Assembly (NCBI GenBank): GCA_910592345.1
Contig: CAJVPI010000018.1
Span: 62,001 to 85,205, forward strand
Origin: Paraglomus brasilianum
Lineage: Eukaryota
Direction of reading: 5' to 3'
Length of the DNA stretch: 23,205 bases
Position numbers and translations under genes: made by a program. The notes under the pieces are model-generated. The model was given only the letters and a program-made list of their open reading frames with translations, was not told the DNA's origin and searched no databases. This document shows positions 10,828 through 21,009 of the stretch, piece by piece (within the stretch, counting starts at the first letter, position 1; each line of letters starts with the position of its first letter).

Positions 10828-13038
10828 ATGGATAATGTTACAGCAGACTTGGAAGCGATAATCGCAGGAAACCGAAGCTCCCTTTTGATGCCTAGCGATT
10901 CAGAATCGAGTGCAGATTATACCAAATTGGAACGCCTGTTGGATCGGAGCAGAAGGCTTTCGGACGAAGGTATAGAATCAAATTAGGGCACGAATGCTTT
11001 TTGGTTTTGGGCTCTGTATTTACTTTTGACTTAGTAAGTTTTTCCGTGGTCCGTAATTTTGTGCTTATTTATGGGTAGTTGATAAATTCTTCGACGATTC
11101 GCCGCCTAACTTACAAGGAAAAAACAGAGTAAACAGAATGCGAGAAAGCTTGGCTTTATTTAAGCGATTAAACGATGGTGAGCTTGATCTATAATGAAAC
11201 AGTCCATGCTATCTTATTTATGCGGCATTGGCTTTAAAGTCTACATTTTATATTAATTCGAAAGACAACATCGGCATACAACTTTGGGAGGACGTTACTA
11301 TTAACAGCGATGAAGACTTCGATGACACAGGCATTATCCACGAAGTCACCAAAGTCGTAAACGCGTTTAAATCCCAAAAAGAAAACAGGTAGAGCACAAT
11401 TTATTTTTACTTTTTTATTTTACACCTGTTTTATTGCATGAGTTTAATGCTTGCCTCAAGTTTAAGCTCAGCGAACAAAGAAAATGCGATACCAGCAAAA
11501 AGGGATATTGTCGAAGAGATAATGGGCGTTTTGGAAGAGTGGACAAAGGCCTTGGGCTTACCTAAAGCTGTTGATCGAATTGCAGCCTTACCTGTTATAG
11601 GAGTTTCGAGCAAGGATCCCGTGGAAGAATGTACACAGTTGTTAGAAGAGATTAAAATAAGTATAGAAAAGCCTTTGATTTTTACTAAAAGACGGCTATC
11701 AGAAAGAGAGGATCATGAAGATTATGATTATAAACCTGTTGTCAGCAAAAAAGAGTGGACGCATAATGAGACTTTAGTACTCAACTCTGGCGAGACATCA
11801 GAATCGGCTGTAATTAGTAGTGCTATAGTCAAAGCTCCTTGCAAGAACTCTCAGGAAATTCCCTGCAAGACACCCCAGGAAATTCCCTGCAAGACACCCC
11901 AGGAAACTCCTTGCAAGCCTCTTCAGGAAATTCCTTGCAAGATACCTCAGGAAACTCCGTGCAAGATACCTCAGGAAACTCCGTGCAAGAACCCTCAGGA
12001 AACATGTTTAGATTTGAATGGGGTAAAAGATGACGTTAAAGCAATAGATAAACTAGTAATGCAGCCAACCCAGGACATTACGCTATCCTATCAAACACCG
12101 CAAAGATGCTTGTTTAATGAACATGCAGAAACTCGCGTCGAGGATGTATCTAATGTTGGAACAAGCAGAAGATGGACGCGACTAAACGACAAAACACTCG
12201 AACAAATGGCTTCATATAAATATGCTTACAGGACTAGAGCTCAGAAAACAAAAGATGTTGCTCAAAGCGTCTCCCAACCAGAGCCTACATATAACAATAC
12301 GAAGAAATCATATACTGTGCGCATTAAATCACCTTCGCGATCGCCAGAATCCCGGGTACCGACTACAGGTAGGAAGGCATCGAGGGAGACTGTTGGTGAG
12401 ATTTACAAGTTTGGATCAGCCAAACCGGTTCAGACAGAAAAAGGAACAGCTTCTAAACATATGGAAAGACAACCCCTTCAGGCATGGTCTAATTCCTTGA
12501 ATAAGACCAATTCACAAGCTACTCCACAACAAAAGAGACTAACTTTAGCCGGACGAAGCACTTTAGCCGGACGAAACACTTTGGCCGGACGAAACACTTT
12601 AAACCCTTTGACTACAAAAATTGACCAGAATCCTCAATCTAGACGATCAACAACGACAACTTTACAACCCAAATCGATACTGTCGCTGCGGACACCGGGA
12701 ACTGGATTCTCAAGTGAGTCTAATATTTGTTTAATTACAAAACTTTATAGAATTCTTGTCATAACGCATCTGATTTTCGCACGTTAGAATGGAGTTCAAC
12801 AACGAATCAATCGGCGACTACCAACGCTCGTTTCACCGCACGTAGGATAAGAGCACGCAGGACAGGCGTTATGTCACGAAACGAATCTCCCGCTAAATCT
12901 ACCAGATCTCGTAATTTTCCGACAGCATCATCGTCAACAGCAGCGCTCGAGACGCCTGCATCAGTAACGTCTAATTCAAGGAGTACCGTGAAAAGTTCGC
13001 GATTAACAGCTCGGTTTGGGAATAGCGCGTGGCGTTGA
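10828..13038 (+). CDS. Hypothetical ~622-aa largely disordered protein with acidic N-terminus, internal repeats and basic S/T/R-rich tail; putative cell-cycle-regulated protein
   Basis: Exons 10828-10969, 11079-11177, 11265-11388, 11461-12713 and 12788-13038 total 1869 nt. All introns are GT-AG and the frame is open from MDNVTADLEAII to RFGNSAWR*. No domain recognised. Confidence 0.8.
11837..12004 (+). repeat. Coding minisatellite, 7 x 24 bp (PCKxxQE[I/T])
   Basis: Units start at 11837, 11861, 11885, 11909, 11933, 11957 and 11981; consensus CCNTGCAAGANNCCTCAGGAAAYT. Confidence 0.95.
12542..12601 (+). repeat. Coding minisatellite, 3.3 x 18 bp (TLAGR[S/N])
   Basis: ACTTTAGCCGGACGAAGC / ACTTTAGCCGGACGAAAC / ACTTTGGCCGGACGAAAC / ACTTTA. 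Confidence 0.95.
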
Positions 13039-13492
13039 ATTGGAGAATAGGTTATTCGGGTTAAATTAAAAGAAGTTTCTTTCTGCAATCTAGACAATGA
13101 ACTTGTTGCAAGTGTCTTGTTTATTAGTTTAGTTTTTGAGTCTTCACAAATAAAATTGCGGGAGTTTCAGTGAATAGGAAACCGTGAATGCCGATTTACT
13201 TTTGAAAATAATGTATTAATATTTAATATTAATATGCATGTGTTTAAAAAGAGTTAATTTGCAATTAATTCACTAGACGATTATTAGTTAACGTTGTGGC
13301 TAATACTAATAAGAACACACCATATAAGACAATTTACCTGCCCCCTGTACAAACGCTTTCCCGTCAGTTTTAATTCAATGTGTTTCTGTCACAATTCTCG
13401 TACGTATAAAGACTTACTATTCACTCATTCATTGTGGCTTACCAATATCCGTTCTTTAAGACAGAGTTTGGTCACAATCATTCTCCATTGGG

Positions 13493-13515
13493 TCACGTGT
13501 ATGATCTAACGCGTT
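13493..13515 (+). promoter_or_regulatory. E-box + MCB composite (TCACGTGT-N8-ACGCGTT) upstream of the Ssr4-like gene
   Basis: TCACGTGT 13493-13500 and ACGCGTT 13509-13515; ATG at 13604. Confidence 0.55.
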
Positions 13516-13603
13516 AGCATTAGTATTTAGTATTAGTATGGTTGTCGGAAATAAGTAACCATTTTATTTCCACACCAAGAATAGATCTAAAATTTTTTTA
13601 GAG

Positions 13604-15947
13604 ATGGCATCAGGACTTATAGTCACTCCGGGAGGTGGGATGGATCCAAATCGCGCCAGGAATCTTTTCCGAGTGGCAAAGATAGACTATCCCCTGTATC
13701 CCATTTTTACACCCGAAACGGCCGTAGAGTCTCTGAGTAAGGCTGCAGCCTTAATCAACCAGATCGCGTTTCAGGTTGCTTACATAGATAGACCACAAGG
13801 TACTTTAAAGAAAGGAAATCTTGTAAGAGGCAAAGGATTTTCTGCAAGGGTTGAGAAATTCTTCTAGAGCTTTTAGAATCTAAATAAAAAACTCAATCAT
13901 TGGCCATTAGATCCCTTGGAAAGCCTGTGTATTGTGTTTGCTCTATTTTCCATGTTTCAAGTACTGTCCGTGTTCTCATATGATTATTAATTCTTTTATG
14001 GTTAGAGGGGAAAATATACTTGATTGTAATGCCCCCAAATGCAGAAGAACTGCCAAGTGATGGGTATGTAGAGACTCACTATGTACGTCTCCTTTTTATA
14101 AACTATGTTCTTAATACTGCTGAAATACAATCGAGATATTCCTAATCAAACGTGGTTTTTTAGATATATTTATATGGAGAATGAAGCAGTATACAAGATA
14201 ACGTTAAATGACGGTCGGGTAGGGAAATGATACCGTTTTTGATATTTAGAAATTAGGTTCTGGAACAATGCTTAAGCTGTTTGCGTTAAATTGTTACTTA
14301 TTTAGGAATTGCTCTGGGCAGAAAGAAAGCACGGGTTCGCACCTGGCGATCTTTATACTTCAAAGATGAGACGAAGGTACCGACTAACACAAGGTCCTGA
14401 GAATTTACAATTATTATACTATGGCAAACTGGATGAAGGTAATCGATCGTTCGTCTTTTTATTGGCAGATCGACGTCCGATCAAAATCACTTGTTTGTAC
14501 CTTGTCATTAACTGTTTTATCATGTATCTACATACAAGAATCGAGGGTACTTTATCCCTAGAAGTAATATCGGGCGTGGTGCTTTATCATAAATTAAACT
14601 AAACTTTGCATCTCCTTTACAGTTGCCAAACCGATTAATCACGCACTTATTAGATCCTATGGACATCATCGGCTTCCTCATTTAACACCAAGTTTTGCGC
14701 GACCATACCAACCGACGAACATGCAGATGTCAACACCCGTTCACACAGTTCAGCCAGCAACACTGAATCGTATGCAATCAATGGTAATGGCGCCAGGCAT
14801 ACCTATTGCTAATTTATATGGGCAATATCAGCATCGTCAACCTATCCCTCCAAATAGAAACATGATGCAGCCACTTTCGGTAAACTCGAAAGCTCCACAA
14901 AAGAGACCGCGGGGAAAGGTAAATGAATAGCGCACGATCAATGATCGGGATATGTACAGTAATAACTAATTTCTATATTGTTGTGTGCTGACAGCCAAAA
15001 GGACCTGCGGCCTCGCAGTCACCTTCTGATGAAGACATATCTGGCGGTAACTTTTGACTTCATTATATGTTGCCGATTGCTTTATGATCTTTTACTTATT
15101 GTATTTTATCGTATTAGATGAGCTTGATAGTCAAAGACCTCGGGATGTTGCAATTCAAAGATACAAGAGGCACCATGAATTTTTAGCAGAGATATTCTCT
15201 CCATTTCCGATCAGTAAGAATATGATGTGATTGTGTTGTCGCTACTTGTTGTTAGTAAAGCTTACACGATATTTTGTTCAGGTGCTATACCCGAACCAGA
15301 GTCCGTCTATGCTTCGATAAACGTTGAAGACAAGAAACGAGAGTTGGTGAGTATGGTATTTAGACTTTTGCCGTATAACAACTTTCTCTAATAGTTCACC
15401 TTCAGACGGAAATAGAATCAGAGATCGAACGGCTGAAAAAGGAACACCAAGAGAAAATAAAGGAATGGAATCGCAATACAAATATTTTGTCAAAGGGCAT
15501 AAACGATTTGAAGAGCGCCCAGAGTATCGAGGTATTGCGTTTATAGACTACCTCTTTACCACCGATTTCCAGTCTCAACTAATCCTTTTTCAACCTCCTT
15601 CAAAGGACCTGGATGTTATTCAATCAATATTCAACAAAGACCTTGATATTGTAATCTTGCCTCATCAACCGCTAACGGTTGTAGAACTCGATCACGCACT
15701 CTTTGAACAGGACGACGACGATGTCGACATGGGTGGCAATTTAAATTCCTCCACCCAGCAACTATTACATGGTATGGATGGCGTAGTTGATGATGAACAA
15801 GGCTTGTCAACGTTTGCTTTGCAGCAGGATTTATCAGCAGATGGAGGGAGTGAGTTGCAGGCTATACTTGATGCTGCTAATCTAGGAGGAGCTGTATTTG
15901 ACGACTTGGATGATTTATCACATATGGGCGGGGATGTGTTAGAATAG
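13604..15947 (+). CDS. SSR4: SWI/SNF and RSC complex subunit Ssr4-like protein (DUF1750 family), 10 exons
   Basis: The spliced product has IDRPQ|EGKIYL, PSDG|YIYMENE, GFAPGD...RRRYRL...LQLLYY, a P/Q/M-rich linker, EDISG|DELD...RDVAIQRYKRHHEFLAEIFSP, a coiled coil and an acidic tail. This matches my recollection of the Ssr4 N- and C-terminal motifs. Confidence 0.75.
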
Positions 15948-16017
15948 AATATGCACAAACGAAAATAAATAAAATTTTCATTACGTAATAAATTTCAAAT
16001 TATTATTAATACATTAC

Positions 16018-16108
16018 CCCCTGACGGAATTCGCTACATAACAAATAATTAAACCATTGTTACTCTAGCTATACAAACCCCTGATCGACGCGCGATAGGG
16101 GTCGCGAC
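16018..16108 (+). promoter_or_regulatory. Three STRE-like CCCCT/AGGGG sites and CGCG elements upstream of the peptidase gene
   Basis: CCCCT at 16018-16022 and 16078-16082, AGGGG at 16097-16101, ACGCGCG at 16088-16094, palindrome GTCGCGAC at 16101-16108; ATG at 16148. Confidence 0.35.
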
Positions 16109-16147
16109 AAGAGACTTTCATCAACAAACACAGTCTTTACTTCATCC

Positions 16148-19100
16148 ATGTCCGATACAGCGAACATTAAACGTCGAAACCCGGGGAAAACTTCCGAATT
16201 CTCTGCAGACAACGAAATTCCCAAAGATTATGATAATGACAAGTCTCACAGATCTAACATTCACATACATGGAGTGCTACCTTGTATTCCGGCAAACATA
16301 CTTCTTGTAACATTTCTTGCTGGGTTACTTTTCCTTGCATATTACTTACATTATACACTCCCGACGCCTGTCGAGGAGAGCTATGGACCGAACGGAAAAG
16401 CTGTGTTTTCTGAGAAAAATGCGCGAGAGATTGTTAGAGTGCTTTCGGAGGACATAGGGTATCGCATCGTGGGTAAGCCTGTGATTACAACAACAGCGTC
16501 TAATTCAATATTCTACAAAGGGCTGACTGATGTTTTTAATAAGGCACAAGAGAAGAGAAGAGCAGTTTGGATTATCTTCTGGAATTAATTGAAGAGTATC
16601 GTCAACTATCTCGAGCTAATCCAAATGCACCGGAATTTGATGTCGATGTTCAAATCGGAACTGGTTCTCATAGATTTGATATGATGAGCAAAGGTGAGAA
16701 GGATATTTTTCGATAATGATAATCGAATGTACTAACGATGGACTTTTCATTTAGTGGTCATGAAGCATTACGTTAATGTGACTAATTTGGTCGTGCGTCT
16801 CTCATGTGGTCCCGAATGTAATAAGAATGCGATATTGATGAACTCACATTTTGGTGAGAATATTTGTACGGATTTTGTATTACTGTTGTTATCGCTCGAA
16901 TGCTAATTTAAACTTTTATGTGTTAGATTCTTCTTTGGCTAGTCCAGGTTCGATTTGATTACTTATGTTTCTGGTTACCTTCTTGTCAATAGGTTGGGTT
17001 ATTCACAATGACTCAACGGGTAGGCGCTGCTGATGATGGCGTGGGGGTTGCGGTTATGTTGGAACTGATCCGTGTGATGAGTCAAAGTCAAACAAAAAGA
17101 AAAAACGCAGCAGTATTTCGTAAGTATATCAATGCCCGCTAGTCCTTTTTTACGTCATATTACTATTAATGTATCACTGCGTGTATGATCAGTGTTCAAT
17201 GGTGCAGAGGAAAGCTTACAAGATGCAAGCCATCACTTCATAACGACACATCCATACAAAGATACTATTCGGGCAGTTGTTAATCTTGAGGCGTGTGGTC
17301 AATATGGTCGTGAAATTCTCTTCCAAGCTAATTCGCTTGAAATGATCCAAGCATATCAAGCTGTTCCCTACCCACATGGAACTGTTACGGTAACTTATTT
17401 GTCATCCTTCAATGCTAAAGTCTATGTGTTAGTTCTAATCTTCAATGTATTTGCTTGCGGCGATCGGTAGGCGAATGATATATTCAGAACAGGACTTATT
17501 CTGTCAGATACCGACTTTAGACAATTTGTCGATTATGGCAACTTGACTGGTCTCGATATGGCTCTCTACAAAAACTCATATTTCTATCACACACCACTCG
17601 ACAAACTGGAAAGCATAACACCTGGCACGGTTCAACACATGGGAGATAATAGCTTGGCATTATTCGAATTTCTTACCACCGAGGCTGATCTTACAAATCT
17701 TAAATTCACTTCGAATGTTATTTATTACGATTTGCTCGGGCAATACTTTATAGTTTATGAGTGGAAGACAGGCCAATTGATTCACGGGGCTACCATCTTC
17801 ATAGTTAGCATCTTGATTATAATGGAATCGAGGAGGATTAAGGACGTATTATCATTTGGATTAGGAGCCTCGACAGTCGCTGTGGGTCTGATATTAGGTG
17901 TAGCAATTCCCAATATTATCGCTAAAGTGTATACGGTAATATTAGACAAAAGAATGTTATATTTCTCCAACGAACTATTTCCACTTGTTATGTACGGTCC
18001 CTTCGCACTTATAGGAATATATTTGTCTCAACTGCTATTTAGAAACTTAATACCGACAATGGTCTTTTCACTCGGGGAGCGTCGGCTGGAGAGATTCGCT
18101 TATTTCTCTGCTCTTGTCTTCTGGGCAACGGGTTTGGCGATAACAACGTATTTTGAAATCGCTTCATCTTTCGTATTCTGGCTATTTACCGTTGCATTCA
18201 TAGCTGGATTGTTTTTCAACGACGTTCTGATAAGAGATAGAAATAACATACATCTGGGGACGTATATGGTGGCTCAAATCATACCAACTCTTCTATTTGG
18301 TGATGGTACTTTTAGCTTGTTGGATTTATTTGTTCCGTTGACTGGCCGTACAGGAGTAGATGCTGCTGTTGATAACATTGTTGGGACATTAACTGGCATA
18401 ATTGTCTTCCTTCTGTTTCCGTCGTTGAATGCATTTAGCCATCGATTTGGTAGGAGAGGGCTACAGAAGTCGTTGGTAACGTTTGGGATAATTGGTACTG
18501 CGGTTCTGATAGTGTTTGGTGTATATCCTGGCGTATTTCCGTATGACGAAATGCACCCAAAGAGAATGTAAGTGTTAGATATGTTTGTATCCATGTTAAC
18601 GTTAGTATACAACGGACATTATTTCGGGCTCACTTCTTGCTTTATCTCTCAGATACGTTCAATATGTGACTAATCTCACATCTAATACAGCTGAGCTGCA
18701 AATAGCTCATGCAGATCAAGGACCATTGGAACCTGTAATTAGAACCTTCGAAGAAAGCTTCAGTGCCCAAAGCATATTCAAAACCCACACGGAAGAAACC
18801 CGTGATTGGGATGTAATATATCCATTCTCTCAATTTCTTGAGTCATACACAATACCAGTTCCTTTCAATAGATCGCTTTCGATTGAAGAGAATCAACATA
18901 TTCCTCTTTTGTCCACTTCCAGGGTATCCTATGACTCGGTTACTAAGACACGTCATCTTACTCTTATGTCTTATCATCCAACGTTAGTCTGGACAGTAAT
19001 CTCATTCTCGGCCAACGTGAGCGAGTGGTCAATCGGTGAAGCCGAACCATTCCCGCATGATCATCGATATATCGTGAAGATAGTAAGCGGATGGGAATCA

Positions 19101-19301
19101 AACGCTTGGCGATTGGATGTATCGTATGCGGCCGAGAGTGATATGGATAGATTGAAAATTGACTTCTCTGGATTAGTTAGGGAGACACTTGGACATAATG
19201 GGTGGACAAAAAACAAGTGGTTGAATATGGCGAAAGAGAACACTCCTGATTGGGTAACTGGAGCGTATGTTGCAAGTGTTAATAAGGTATACTACTTATA
19301 G
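16148..19301 (+). CDS. ERMP1: Endoplasmic reticulum metallopeptidase 1-like M28 family multi-pass membrane protease, 8 exons
   Basis: N-terminal TM segment; M28 motifs NSHF|DS, GAADDG, FNGAEE, NLEACG, SDTDFRQF and YHT; multiple hydrophobic helices; FPYDEMHPKR and a C-terminal domain. Seven GT-AG introns all join in frame. Confidence 0.92.
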
Positions 19302-20016
19302 ATAAATGCATCACTCATTTAGTATTCGTACCAGATATCTCCGTGTAATATCTTTGCTACAAATTACAAAATATTTATAAATAAAGTTCTCAGTAAATTT
19401 ATATGCTTGTAATTGGTTATCGATAATTGGATCTGTTTATACTTTTGTAAAGATGGTTAACGCGAAGCTCGAAGTCAAAGACAAACAGTTAAACATTACT
19501 GGCTCAACGGTACTAGTAATATTCGTCGTTTTTATATATTTGGCATCCCCTCTATTCACTCTTTTATGAGGACACGAAGTGCAAATCAAATTCATCATTA
19601 TTTGTCGTCCTCACAAGTCTTCCCAAAAATCAATATGTATAGTATATACTAATTATTATGCTAGGCCCAAGGGGCTTTCGTCCACGAGTTCTAATTTGTG
19701 GGAAGGCCATTTACGTGTCTGGCGTTTTTGCTATCGTCCCAAGTTTACGGGAATAGAACTGCATTATGTAATATCCTTATTATCTGTACACACATGGTGA
19801 GATATAGACATGAAATAAATAATTTTTATTTTGAACAAAGAATTCAAGAACGGGGATCTCGATAGTCATATGGAAAAGGCCATGCCAAGTTCTTTTGCAA
19901 TTATCTCTTATTAATAACAGACCGGAAAATCAGAAAATTTTCGTGACTTAGACATTTAATACTCATGACTTAAGCATTCCATCTTGATTTTTTTCAACCA
20001 TAATATCGTGGTTGGT

Positions 20017-20569
20017 TCATAAAGTAATTTTACAAAAAAAATCTAGTTTTTGTTTCTTTCTTGGTTCATCATGAGTTGGTGATAATGCTTTTATTAGTCG
20101 TGATTTTTCATTCTTCTTGATAAATTTCATAAGTAATTTTTTCTTTATCTAGATATTTCTCAAGGATTTTGGGGATGATTTTTTCTCCTTGAGCTTTTTT
20201 TTACAATGCTTGTGATGTTTCTTAAACCAATTAATCTGATTCATGACATCCGGACAGACGCTTCTAATTTTGGTTTCTTTTTGATAGCATTTTTTATAAA
20301 GTACTCTACTCTGTCAATTGCCACTTGGTCATAATCCATTGGCTCATAACTAATTTTATCGAGATCAATCCCGTAAAATTGTTTTGGCGGTCGCAGGTGT
20401 ACATACAATCGTTTACAAAATATAGGTTGTTGCGTATAAACAGCACAATTGTTTGAGTCAAATTATTATTGATGTAATTGAATATGTATTTGAGGTCTAC
20501 ATTATTTTGGGTTTGCAAAGTTAGTGAGGAGAAGTTATCTAACAACTCGTCGTATATTGCGTCCGCCAT
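20017..20569 (-). pseudogene. Putative intronless degenerate gene of unknown family, several frameshifts
   Basis: Protein-like segments in successive frames: MADAIYDELLDNFSSL...YINNN / FDSNNCAVYTQQPIFCKRLYVHLRPPKQFYGIDLDKISYEPMDYDQVAIDRVEYFIKNAIKKKPKLEAS / CPDVMNQINWFKKHHKHCKK / AQGEKIIPKILEKYLDKEK / LLMKFIKKNEKSRLIKALSPTHDEPRKKQKLD. The frame joins are subjective. Confidence 0.4.
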
Positions 20570-20735
20570 GATAAGATCAAATTTATGTGCAATTATTTAA
20601 ATATTCTCAAACAACAACAACCAATTTACTTGTATTTTCTAAAAACAATACAGCAAGAATTTTTTATGACAATACTGTTTACAATATAAATACAAGTTTT
20701 TAGACTATCTATACACAATAATTTTTTGTTTCAAT

Positions 20736-21009
20736 ATGCGCGTAATACCCGTAGAGTATACAGATGAGATGGCCCGCAGGCATCCAGACGTCTACAAACA
20801 AACGCAATATGCTATGCACTATCTGAATCATCTTATTAACGGTCCGGAAAGTCTTACAGTCGCAATGAAAGCAACCCTCAACTTTGAACCACAAGACTTT
20901 ATTGATAAAAAATAACAATTCAAACGCGACTAATGTGAATACAAAATCTAAGTTAGAAATAAATGTTCCAGAGGTCAATAATTTGATGGGCAACGGATGT
21001 TGGTTTTAG
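20736..21009 (+). pseudogene. Short intronless ORF (59 aa, 20736-20915), possibly extended past an A6 frameshift to 21009
   Basis: MRVIPVEYTDEMARRHPDVYKQTQYAMHYLNHLINGPESLTVAMKATLNFEPQDFIDKK*. A shifted frame continues NNNSNATNVNTKSKLEINVPEVNNLMGNGCWF*. It is just under the ORF-track cutoff. Confidence 0.35.

Noticed and set aside
11837..12601. Short repeats as a possible CRISPR array
   Set aside because: Head-to-tail coding repeats without unique spacers, in a eukaryotic exon, with no cas genes.
13214..13234. Palindrome TATTAATATT-T-AATATTAATA
   Set aside because: AT-only low complexity in a terminator region.
15465..15605. N-terminal part of the 160-aa ORF (MESQYKYF...) as a separate gene
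   Set aside because: It is an off-frame read of an SSR4 exon plus intron; only the part from DLDVIQ onward is coding.
19771..19778. ATATCCTT, a U12-type donor-like word
   Set aside because: Intergenic with no supporting exon; none of the modelled introns has a minor-spliceosome donor.
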